DNA from: a virus
Virus record (IMG/VR): IMGVR_UViG_3300049139_000233
Coordinates: 28,596-92,595 of that record
Length of the DNA stretch: 64,000 nucleotides
Reading direction: 5' to 3' (one strand)
The notes under the pieces are model-generated. The model had not been told where the DNA came from, searched no databases, and worked only from the letters and a program-made list of their open reading frames with translations. Positions 27,076 through 35,185 of this stretch are shown piece by piece; the stretch's first letter is position 1; every line of letters starts with the position of its first letter. A program made the translations under genes and the position numbers.

Positions 27076-27305
27076 TCCTCGTTCCTCGCTTCCTTGGTCG
27101 TGGCGCAGGGGCACAGGCCCCAGCGCGTCTCGCGCACCGTCCACCGCTTGTCCCCGCACCGCCAGCAGGCGGGCAGTCCGCGCACCGTGCGGCACGGACC
27201 GCAGAACGCCCGTGCCTGGTCCAGGGCCGCACAAGATACGCAGGTGGTCGGTAGGGGTGCGATGCGTGTGTGCGCCAGTCGTCGCCCGCCGATGATTGCG
27301 CTCAC
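27072..27305 (-). CDS. hypothetical Cys-rich protein (77 aa)
   Basis: GTG at 27305 (GTGA overlap) follows GATCAAGGAAGCGAGGG. Contains CVSC...CGPC...CWRC. Confidence 0.5.
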   Translation of the reverse strand: MSAIIGGRRLAHTRIAPLPTTCVSCAALDQARAFCGPCRTVRGLPACWRCGDKRWTVRETRWGLCPCATTKEARNEE

Positions 27306-27667
27306 GCCCCGGCCCTCGCTTCCTTGATCGGCAGTTGCAGGGGCGGCCGGGTGCAGTGCTCCCACCGCGCCGGTGCGCACCTGGCCTTCCCACGGTCCAG
27401 GGGCCAGGGCTTCGCCTCCCGGCCGCACCGGCCGCAGACGTACAGCCACGTCCCGTCCTCGTTCAGGTGCGCGTGGCGGCCGGCGTCCCGGTTGGCGCGC
27501 AGCCGCCGGGCGACCTCGAACCGGGCGCCCGAGGCGCGGCACTCCAGGCGCCGCGCGCTGGCAAGGGCCGTCTGGTTGCCCTTGTGCCGGTACAGCTTGC
27601 CCGTGGTGGTGAAGGAGACGGGATTGCCGCACAGGGGGCACGTCCCGCCGTGGCTGGCGTATCCCAT
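27302..27667 (-). CDS. hypothetical Zn-ribbon protein (121 aa)
   Basis: Contains CPLCG...CGRCG; composition is balanced. Confidence 0.55.
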   Translation of the reverse strand: MGYASHGGTCPLCGNPVSFTTTGKLYRHKGNQTALASARRLECRASGARFEVARRLRANRDAGRHAHLNEDGTWLYVCGRCGREAKPWPLDRGKARCAPARWEHCTRPPLQLPIKEARAGA

Positions 27668-27670
27668 CGC

Positions 27671-28330
27671 TCAGCCCTCCACCGGGTTGGCCGCGATGAC
27701 GGCGCGGATCGCCTTGAGCGACGGGGTGTCGTGCGGGGACCGGCGGTCCGGCGTGACGGACAGGCCGAACGAGGTCCGACGGGCGACGCCCGGGGCGACG
27801 AAGTACGACAGGTCGTACTGCCAGCGGCGTCCCTCGTCGGCCGCCCGGCTCACCCGGACGTTCAGGACGAACCCGTCCTCACGCGGCACCCACGCCTGCT
27901 GCGCGGTCCAGCCGTTGGCCTCGGCGAGCGTGAACAGTTCCGCGACCGGCTTCGGCAGGGCGTATCCGTCCGGAGCCGTGTTCACGACGCCGGCCTTCAG
28001 CCGTCGCAGCGTGACGTCCTGGACGTGCTGCTCGGCCGGGGTCAGGGCGTTGTCGCGCTCCAGCGCGGCGGCCAGGGTGACGGTCCGGTCCGTGTAGCGG
28101 CAGGTCCACCCGGTGCCGAAGGCGTCCTGGATCACTGGGTGCCTCTTGCCGTCCAGGCCCCAGGTCGACTTCGGCTCGTGCGTGCCGAGGCGGCCGTCCC
28201 GGACCGGAGCCGTACTGCCGCACGGGCACAGGGCCTCCACGCGACGGATCAGGTCGTACCACGTGTTCGGGACCAGGATCTCCGGGTCGTATGTCTCCCC
28301 GGCTGACAGGGTCTCCAGCAACGTCGTCAT
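27671..28330 (-). CDS. hypothetical protein (219 aa)
   Basis: Internal ATG at 28330 follows GACCAAGGAACTGAGGAAGGCATC. Confidence 0.6.
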   Translation of the reverse strand: MTTLLETLSAGETYDPEILVPNTWYDLIRRVEALCPCGSTAPVRDGRLGTHEPKSTWGLDGKRHPVIQDAFGTGWTCRYTDRTVTLAAALERDNALTPAEQHVQDVTLRRLKAGVVNTAPDGYALPKPVAELFTLAEANGWTAQQAWVPREDGFVLNVRVSRAADEGRRWQYDLSYFVAPGVARRTSFGLSVTPDRRSPHDTPSLKAIRAVIAANPVEG

Positions 28331-28551
28331 GATGCCTTCCTCAGTTCCTTGGTCTCGATGGCCTGGAGTATCGCCGCGTAGTCGTCGGCGCGCTGCTGCA
28401 CGTCGCGTATCTGCCGGCCCAGTGCGAGGAACCGGGGACTGGTGGCCACGCACCCGCGCTGGGCCGCGCGCAGCGTCTCGGCCTTGTCGGTGAGCTGTGC
28501 GTGCTTCAGCCGCAGCTCGCTCAACGTCTTGGGGCTCAGGGTCTTCACCAT
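28327..28551 (-). CDS. hypothetical coiled-coil protein (74 aa)
   Basis: Internal ATG at 28551 overlaps the upstream stop (ATGA). Confidence 0.55.
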   Translation of the reverse strand: MVKTLSPKTLSELRLKHAQLTDKAETLRAAQRGCVATSPRFLALGRQIRDVQQRADDYAAILQAIETKELRKAS

Positions 28552-29075
28552 CAGCCGGCCTCGCTCTCCGGGATCGGTTTGACGTGGGTGAGGGCGATGC
28601 ACGCACCGTGCCCGGTGACCCAGACGACTGCGGTGTGTCCGCCGAGGACGGACGCCGCGCTGCGGGTGCGTCCCTTCTGCCCGGCGCCCTCACGCACCCC
28701 GGTCCAGTAGCGCACCGCCCGGCCCTCCGGATACGTCAGGTTCCACGCGGCGACGTGTTCCGCCGGCGTCGGGCCGTCGTTGGCGACGCGGGTACCGTTG
28801 CGCAGGGCCGCGTCCAGGGACGCAAACTCTTTGCGGTACAGGTGGTGTCCGTCGTGGGTGTAGCCGTTCACCTGGTAGCGGGCGCCGTCGTCGCTGTAGT
28901 CGAGTACGGCCTGGCCGTACGTTCCGACGACCTTCGGATGTGCGTCCCCCGCCCCACCGGGCCGCCAGTCGTGGCCAGCCTTGTCGGTGTACTGCCGGCG
29001 GTCGATGGTCTTCCGGGCCCGCTCGATGCGGTCGATGCCGTTGGCGAGGGCGCCCAGATCGTAGGTGTCCTGCAT
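28551..29075 (-). CDS. hypothetical protein (174 aa), first gene of a nine-gene operon
   Basis: Internal ATG at 29075 follows GACCAAGGAAGGCAGGACC; P-box at 29122..29160. Confidence 0.6.
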   Translation of the reverse strand: MQDTYDLGALANGIDRIERARKTIDRRQYTDKAGHDWRPGGAGDAHPKVVGTYGQAVLDYSDDGARYQVNGYTHDGHHLYRKEFASLDAALRNGTRVANDGPTPAEHVAAWNLTYPEGRAVRYWTGVREGAGQKGRTRSAASVLGGHTAVVWVTGHGACIALTHVKPIPESEAG

Positions 29076-29121
29076 GGTCCTGCCTTCCTTGGTCGTGGCC
29101 GGTCCGCAGACCCAGGCCATT

Positions 29122-29160
29122 CGATTTAATTAAACCATGGCAGGGGTGCGGGGACAACCC
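29122..29160 (-). promoter_or_regulatory. P-box promoter/operator
   Basis: Minus strand reads GGGTTGTCC-N12-CATGGTTTAATTAAATCG, at the head of the 29075-25593 operon. Confidence 0.6.
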
Positions 29161-29186
29161 TCTTACGGAGTCGCCCCCGCACCAAC

Positions 29187-29393
29187 TCACGGGTGGGCGG
29201 CCAGGCGCAGCCGTTCCCCGCCCTCCGCCCGCAGGACGGCTATGGCCAGGGCCTCATCGACGGCCAGGCCGGACGCCTCACACAACCGCCACCCGCCCGG
29301 ACCGTGCCCCGGGACGTACCCCCGGAGCGAGTCGGCCGTCCGGCGCGTGTCCACCAGGTCCCCGCACAGCGGGCACTCGATCGCGTCGTTCAT
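29187..29393 (-). CDS. hypothetical Zn-ribbon protein (68 aa)
   Basis: Tail of track ORF 29187..29768. ATG at 29393. Begins MNDAIECPLCGD. Confidence 0.5.
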   Translation of the reverse strand: MNDAIECPLCGDLVDTRRTADSLRGYVPGHGPGGWRLCEASGLAVDEALAIAVLRAEGGERLRLAAHP

Positions 29394-29398
29394 GGCCG

Positions 29399-32300
29399 TC
29401 AGTCCTTCGCGTAGCAGTCGGCCCACGACCGGGCGGCCTTGGAGGCGCCGGCGGTGATGGGAACGCCTTTGAATTCGAACGTGAACGCCTCCAGCACGGC
29501 CTCCCGGACGCCGTCGACCAGGTGCTCGGGGACGCACAGCACGACCTCGTCGTGCACGACGCAGCGCAGCCACTCCAGGGCCTCGGGCAGCATGTCCGTC
29601 AGCCTCAACAGGCCTTCGCACATGATGTCGCGGGCGCCGCCCTGGCCCATGAGCGCCGGGGCCTGCGTCCAGGCGCGGTCCGGGTTGGCACGCATGAGAC
29701 GGCCGAAGCCGTTGTCCAGCAGCTCGCCGGCCGCTGCCCGGTCGCGCACCTCCTGGCGCCAGGCGCACAGCCCGGGGTACTGCGCGTTCATCTGGTCATC
29801 GAACTTCTGCGCCAGCTCCAGCTCCACGCCCGAGTTGGCGATGCCCTTGACGGACATGCCGTAGTTCCAGCCGTGGCCGATGCGCTTGGTGTAGTCGCGC
29901 CACTCGCAGGTGTGCTTCGGCCCGATGCACTCACACCGGGAGCGGCCGAACACAGCGTCGGTGACCATGCTGTGCGCGTCGACCCCGGGCGCGAAGTTCT
30001 GCATGTACGCCGGGTCCTGGCAGTGGCCGGCGATGGCGCGCATGTCGACCTGGTCCATGTCGAAGCAGATCAACAGGTGGCCGTCGTCGGCGATGAGCGG
30101 GCGCCGCTGGTGCACCTTCCCGCCGCGCTTGCCGATGTTGGTCACCGACGGGCGTACGTAGGCCCACCGGCCGGACCCCTGAAGGTCGCCGACCTGCGGG
30201 TGGACCCGGTCGCCGATCAGGTGGTCCATGATCTCCTGATACTTCTGCACCGAGGACGTCACGGTGACGATGTGGCCGCACATCTCGCGCAGCGCGTCCA
30301 CGTCGGCGCCACGCTCGGCGAACACCCTCAGCACGTTCGGGTTGAGCATGGCGGGTACCTGCCGGGCGCCGGCGCCCTTGCCGAGCATGTAGGACGCCTC
30401 GCCCAGCGCGTCCTTGTTCAGCGCGATGTCCCCGGACGGCGTCTTGGGGTAGTGCTGCACACCGCGCTCGGCGAGGGCCCTGATGACCGCCTCCTTGCCC
30501 ACGGTGGTGGACAGCGGAGACTTGACGGGCACCTCGGTGAACACCCGGTTCTTGCCCCGGCCCTTGCCCTCGGTCTTGGTCAGCGGGATGCCGCAGTTGT
30601 CGTGCAGCCACTCCAGCGACGCCTGCCGCTTAGCGGCCTCCTCCTCGACCATCTCGCGCAGCACGGGGACGTCGACCTTCCAGCCGGTCAGGGTCGGCCG
30701 GTGCTGGATGTGGGCCACGCGCATCTCGCGCCGCACGTAGTCCGACGGCTCGCCCAGGGCGCGCCGCACGCCCCGGGTGGCCTGGAGGTCGCCGCTGAAG
30801 TAGGTGCTCAGCTCGTTGACCGGGATGCGCCCGTATCCGAGGTCGGTGCGCTCCTCCTTGGTCAGCGACTTGCCGCCAGCCTCGGCCGGGCCGTACTTGA
30901 AGGCGAGCGCGGCCAGGTCGTCCGTCTTGCCGTTGACCCCGTACCGCAGAGCCGTCTTGTCCAGGCCGTAATAGCCCTTCTCGGCCCACGGCTTCTCGTG
31001 CGCGGCGCCGGGCGGGTTGATGGTCTGCTCCCAGCGCAGGGTGTCCACCGCCTTGGCAGCCAGCTTGTCGTAGTCGGCGCCGTGGTGGATGGCGAGGGCC
31101 ATCAGGTCGAACCCGAGCAGGTTGTGACCGTACAGCTCGTCGGCGTCCTCCAGTCGCTTGATCAGCTCGTCCACGGAGTTGACGACGACCTCGGTGCCGT
31201 CCTCGGTGACGTAGCCGGCCAGCCGGACGTACGGGTCGCCGCCGAGATCCTTGTGCGTGAACAAGTGCTTGGCGGAGTGGGTCTCCAGGTCGAACCCGAC
31301 GCAGCCCCCGGCGCGCGGGACGGCCTCGGCCTCGGGCGGCGGGGACGGGGCGGGGACGGTGGCCACGGGCGCGCTCACGGGTTCCGCTTCCGCGAACGGA
31401 TCACCGTTGAACGGGTCCGCATCGGGGGCGGCCCCGGACCGTGTACCGCCTGTACCGTCTCCTCCGTATGACCCTATAGGAGAGCCATTTTCTGTGTTAT
31501 ACCCCGAAGGCGGTACAGGGGGTACACCGTTGTCGCCACCCTCGTTGACCTCGTCGTTTTCGTACGGGTCCTGGAAGCGCACACCCAGCCAGGCGTAGTA
31601 GTTGACGCCCGTCGTGCTGCCCGGGGACAGCGTTGACCGCCCGTCCCGCGCCCGGATCTTCTTCCGCGTGACGCCGTTCCGCGAGCACTCGTCGTGGCTT
31701 CCGAATCGGCTGACGAACGTGCGGTCCGTCCACTCCCGGTGGCCCTTGTCCTCCAGGTACTTGTTGAAGACCTCGTGCAGCTCCTTGGCGAGGATGTGGC
31801 TGTTCCAGTCGAACGTCAGGACGTCTCCGATGAACGACAGCACCAGGTCCGACTCGCGGCGCCAGTCCAGCGTGTCGTCCTCCACCCGCTTCGGCGGCGG
31901 CGGCATGATCTGCCCGGCCGCGTACCACCGGCGCGCCCCGGCCACGGCCCACGCCAGGACGGCCTCGGGCACCCTCTCGTCCGTTGCGAGGCGCTGCCGC
32001 AGCGTCCCGTCACCCGGCTTGTCGTTCGGGCCCGTGCACGGCTCTCCCGGCTTCCTGAACGTGTACGGGAAGGACAGCAGGGCGAGGCGCCGCCACGTGC
32101 CGTGGTCGGTCTCGTCCACCAGCGGCCGGTGGTTGGTGTTGATGACCAGCGTGTGCGACGTCGTGAACGTCACCGGGTCCTGCCGCATCCGGCGCGCCTT
32201 GATGGCCTTCGTGCCGGCGAGCTGTTTGGCGCGGTTGACGTCCAGCCGCTTGGCCTCCGGGGTCTCCTCCAGCACCGCGAGGCGGGCCCCCATGAAGTCC

Positions 32301-33772
32301 ATCATCTCGGTCGGGTGGTTGTCGGACGCGTTGCCGAGCAGGGCCCGGTGCGAGACGACGGTGTGATAGCCGCCCTTCTCGCCGAACGCGCGGGCGATCG
32401 CGTCCATGACCGTCGACTTGCCGTTGGAGCCGCCGCCCTGGAGCAGCATGATGATGTCGTCCGGCGGGATGTGGCCGGTGGCCGCCTGGCCGATGCGGAG
32501 CTGGAACCAGTCCATCACGTCCTCGGGGACGGCCTCCAGTGCCTTCTCCCAGTCGGGGTGGCGGGCGCCGGGGACGTAGTCCGCCGCCGTGATCTTCGTC
32601 ATCAGCCGGTCGGGGTCGTGCGGGGTGAGCACGCCGGTCTTGAGGTCCAGGATGCCGTTCTGGCAGTTGAGGGCGTCGGGGTCGTAGTCGAAATCCGAGG
32701 CCGCCGACTCCAGGATGCCCCGGCTCAGCTTGAGCAGGTTGCCCAGCTTGGATGCGGCGAGCGCACCGCGCCAGCCGTCCATCTGGCTGCGCAGGTCCTT
32801 GTTCGGCTCGTTGCGCTGCTGGTCGAGCACCCGCTGGAAGCCGGCGAGTGCCCACTGCCGGATGTCCTCCATGACGGCGGCGTCCGTGCACTCGGTCCAC
32901 ACCTTGCCGTCCCAGCGCATCCACCCGAGCCCGGCGGCCCAGCGGTAGCGGCCCTCCAGCGCTTCGGAGCACACCGTGTCGGCGAGAACGGCGTCGCTGA
33001 ATGCGGCGTCGCGGGTGTTGTCGCTCGGCATCTCGGCGGTGGCCGCGTCGCGCAGGCCCTCCAGCGTGCCGCCGGCGTGGAAGTAGTCGTCCACGCCCTT
33101 GACCTGCGCCCCGTTCACTTCCTCGGGGACGATCAGGTAGCGGATGTCGGTGGCGCCCTTGGACTCCAGCCACATGCCGAGCCGGCGCATGGCCATGAGC
33201 ACCATGCGGTTGTGCCGGGCGTCGGAGTCGAAACAGATGACGACGGTGCGGCCCTTGAGAGGGATGTCCTCCCAGTCCCCGAGGGTGCCCAGGCGGGAAC
33301 GCCAGTTGAAGACGCCGGACAGGCTCACGACCGGCAGTCCCTTGGAGGCGAGGGAGTCCGCCTTCTTCACGCCCTCGGTGATCCACAACGGGGCCGACGC
33401 CATGCGCACGGCGTTCGCCATGAGCGGCGGGACGTCCAGGCGCGGCTTCGTGCCGACGGGGGACGCGTATTTCATCATCTTGTCGCCGCTGCCGCTGCTG
33501 TGCGGCTGCGGCTGGCCGGGCTTGAACTGAGCGCCGATGCGCTCACCGGTCACCCGGTACAGCGGGATGAGCAGGCCGGGGAACGCGGTGTCCTCGCGCC
33601 AGGCCCACACCGGGATGGACTCCTCGCGCAGCCGCGCGCGGTCCTCGTCGCTGCCGTACAGGGTTTCGTAGCCGCGTGCGTCGCGGTGCTCCGGGGCGAT
33701 CTCGCTGGCGTCCAGCTCCGCCAGGTGGTGGTCCGACAACTGCCCCGCGTTCGTGTCCACGTACGTGGTCAT
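29399..33772 (-). CDS. replicase polyprotein-like fusion: Toprim/DUF3854-like + D5/P4-type primase-helicase (SF3) + family A DNA polymerase
   Basis: ATG at 33772 follows two tandem GACCAAGGAA motifs. Toprim-like: PLWITEGVKKADSL...VVICFDSDARHN. D5_N/P4: NCQNGILDLKTGVLTPHDPDRLMTKITAADYVP and Walker A LLQGGGSNGKST. PolA: exo GFDLETHS, motif A DMDQVDMRAIAGH, motif B RDYTKRIGHGWNYGMS, motif C VVHDEVVL. Confidence 0.85.
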   Translation of the reverse strand: MTTYVDTNAGQLSDHHLAELDASEIAPEHRDARGYETLYGSDEDRARLREESIPVWAWREDTAFPGLLIPLYRVTGERIGAQFKPGQPQPHSSGSGDKMMKYASPVGTKPRLDVPPLMANAVRMASAPLWITEGVKKADSLASKGLPVVSLSGVFNWRSRLGTLGDWEDIPLKGRTVVICFDSDARHNRMVLMAMRRLGMWLESKGATDIRYLIVPEEVNGAQVKGVDDYFHAGGTLEGLRDAATAEMPSDNTRDAAFSDAVLADTVCSEALEGRYRWAAGLGWMRWDGKVWTECTDAAVMEDIRQWALAGFQRVLDQQRNEPNKDLRSQMDGWRGALAASKLGNLLKLSRGILESAASDFDYDPDALNCQNGILDLKTGVLTPHDPDRLMTKITAADYVPGARHPDWEKALEAVPEDVMDWFQLRIGQAATGHIPPDDIIMLLQGGGSNGKSTVMDAIARAFGEKGGYHTVVSHRALLGNASDNHPTEMMDFMGARLAVLEETPEAKRLDVNRAKQLAGTKAIKARRMRQDPVTFTTSHTLVINTNHRPLVDETDHGTWRRLALLSFPYTFRKPGEPCTGPNDKPGDGTLRQRLATDERVPEAVLAWAVAGARRWYAAGQIMPPPPKRVEDDTLDWRRESDLVLSFIGDVLTFDWNSHILAKELHEVFNKYLEDKGHREWTDRTFVSRFGSHDECSRNGVTRKKIRARDGRSTLSPGSTTGVNYYAWLGVRFQDPYENDEVNEGGDNGVPPVPPSGYNTENGSPIGSYGGDGTGGTRSGAAPDADPFNGDPFAEAEPVSAPVATVPAPSPPPEAEAVPRAGGCVGFDLETHSAKHLFTHKDLGGDPYVRLAGYVTEDGTEVVVNSVDELIKRLEDADELYGHNLLGFDLMALAIHHGADYDKLAAKAVDTLRWEQTINPPGAAHEKPWAEKGYYGLDKTALRYGVNGKTDDLAALAFKYGPAEAGGKSLTKEERTDLGYGRIPVNELSTYFSGDLQATRGVRRALGEPSDYVRREMRVAHIQHRPTLTGWKVDVPVLREMVEEEAAKRQASLEWLHDNCGIPLTKTEGKGRGKNRVFTEVPVKSPLSTTVGKEAVIRALAERGVQHYPKTPSGDIALNKDALGEASYMLGKGAGARQVPAMLNPNVLRVFAERGADVDALREMCGHIVTVTSSVQKYQEIMDHLIGDRVHPQVGDLQGSGRWAYVRPSVTNIGKRGGKVHQRRPLIADDGHLLICFDMDQVDMRAIAGHCQDPAYMQNFAPGVDAHSMVTDAVFGRSRCECIGPKHTCEWRDYTKRIGHGWNYGMSVKGIANSGVELELAQKFDDQMNAQYPGLCAWRQEVRDRAAAGELLDNGFGRLMRANPDRAWTQAPALMGQGGARDIMCEGLLRLTDMLPEALEWLRCVVHDEVVLCVPEHLVDGVREAVLEAFTFEFKGVPITAGASKAARSWADCYAKD

Positions 33773-33828
33773 CGGTGTTTCCTCGATTCCTTGGTCCGTG
33801 CTTCCTTGGTCTGCTGGGGCGTGGGCAC

Positions 33829-34311
33829 TTACGTTCTCCTCCCCTTCCGGCCGGCCGGGCGCCGACTGTCGAACCGGGCCGCTGAAGCGGCGTCCCACGC
33901 CGGCCGGAACTCGGGGCCGGTCCACATGCGGTGGACGTCGGCGACCATGCCGCTCGGGTGCCAGACGCGGACGGTGTGATCCCGCCCGCAGACGTCACCC
34001 TGGCGGTGCAGGCCGCGCACCGTGAACAGCATCAGACCGGTCTTGGTGACGAGACCCTTCCAGCGTGGGTCGTCAAAGGTATCCGCGAGCGGCTTTATCT
34101 CCATCCACGCCTGGTCAGCGCCCTGATGGGGCCTGATGCGGAAGTCCGGCAGGTACCCGCGCGAGCCGACGCGGTACGCCTGCGGCTCGTACTCCCACGG
34201 GATGCCCGCGTGCTCGAAGAACACGATCCACCGGGCCTCCAGCCGGGAGCGTGTGACGACCCCGTGCACGGCGGTGGGTATCGGCCGGACGACCTGGTAC
34301 AGGCTGTTCAT
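33829..34311 (-). CDS. PD-(D/E)xK nuclease-like protein
   Basis: Internal ATG at 34311 (ATGA overlap). SRLEARWIVFFEHAGIPWEYEPQAY...GYLPDFRI...EIKP fits a restriction-endonuclease-like core. Confidence 0.5.
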   Translation of the reverse strand: MNSLYQVVRPIPTAVHGVVTRSRLEARWIVFFEHAGIPWEYEPQAYRVGSRGYLPDFRIRPHQGADQAWMEIKPLADTFDDPRWKGLVTKTGLMLFTVRGLHRQGDVCGRDHTVRVWHPSGMVADVHRMWTGPEFRPAWDAASAARFDSRRPAGRKGRRT

Positions 34312-34538
34312 GACGGTGAGCCCGTGGGCGCCTGTGAGGTCGTCGGGGCGGGCACGGCCACGGGTGTGTTGCGGGCGATCCGCCACGCCTCGGACTCCTC
34401 CTCGGAGATCCACACCCGGCCGTTGCCGCTCTTGTGCTTGGTCAGCGGGATGTCCGGGTCGTCCAGCCAGCGGTACACCGACCCGGTGTGCACGCCGTGC
34501 CGGTCTGCCACCTGCGCGACGGTCAGAAAGCCTTCCAC
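34308..34538 (-). CDS. excisionase/MerR-like HTH DNA-binding protein
   Basis: GTG at 34538 follows AAGGAGGAA. FLTVAQVADRHGVHTGSVYRWL is the typical Xis-family HTH. It is the first gene of the minus-strand arm. Confidence 0.7.
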   Translation of the reverse strand: MEGFLTVAQVADRHGVHTGSVYRWLDDPDIPLTKHKSGNGRVWISEEESEAWRIARNTPVAVPAPTTSQAPTGSPS

Positions 34539-34555
34539 TGTTCCTCCTTGACGAT

Positions 34556-34602
34556 GTGTAAGTGCGCGTCACGATGATACCCGCGTTTACACACGCTTAC
34601 AC
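34556..34602. repeat. GTGTAAG / TTACAC repeats in the central divergent control region
   Basis: GTGTAAG at 34556..34562; TTACAC at 34587..34592 and 34597..34602 (10-bp spacing). Confidence 0.55.
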
Positions 34603-34766
34603 GAGGGGTACCATATCGGACGTGGGGCCCGACGGAGCCCCGCCGACCACTGACCAAGGAATCCCGGGACGCCGGGCACAGATGAGGTGCCGCCACCGGC
34701 GCCCGCGCATCCCCTGTGAGGTGCGGGTTCGGTGATTGTGCACCCCGCTGGGAGGATCACGGACCC

Positions 34767-35090
34767 ATGACCAAGGAACAGGCCGCCTACGCGGCGGCGC
34801 TCAACGCGATCGGCTCGGACATCCTGGACTCTGAGGGCGAGGACGCGTACCTGGCGGACCACCTCGGTGAGATGCGCCGGCGGGCCGCCCACTCCACCGG
34901 CCCGCACGCCGACTGCCCGCGCTGCTGGTGGACCGTCCCCTGCGGCGGACCGGCGGACGGCGAGCACTTCGCCGACCTGTGGGAGCACCTGATCGTCCGT
35001 CACGGCGCCGACCCCCGTTACGCCGACGAGCCCGCGCGCACGGCCTGGCGCCACGCGGAGGCGGAGTACAGGGCAACGGTGACCGCATGA
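34767..35090 (+). CDS. hypothetical protein (107 aa), first gene of the plus-strand arm
   Basis: Internal ATG at 34767 follows GGGAGGA. Confidence 0.55.
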   Translation: MTKEQAAYAAALNAIGSDILDSEGEDAYLADHLGEMRRRAAHSTGPHADCPRCWWTVPCGGPADGEHFADLWEHLIVRHGADPRYADEPARTAWRHAEAEYRATVTA

Positions 35091-35185
35091 GCGACGAGAC
35101 GATGTACCGGGGCTTCCGGATCCCCGACGCGCAGGCCCGGGAGCTGCTGGAGGCGGTACGGAAGGACGAGGAGGAGAACCGGTGA
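35087..35185 (+). CDS. very small ORF (32 aa) coupled on both sides
   Basis: ATGA overlap at 35087-35090 and GTGA overlap at 35182-35185. Sequence: MSDETMYRGFRIPDAQARELLEAVRKDEEENR. Confidence 0.4.
   Translation: MSDETMYRGFRIPDAQARELLEAVRKDEEENR

Noticed and set aside
28940-33979. Long plus-strand ORFs (28940..31471 and 31694..33979) antisense to the replicase
   Set aside because: Junk composition, while the minus frame carries Toprim, P4-helicase and PolA motifs.
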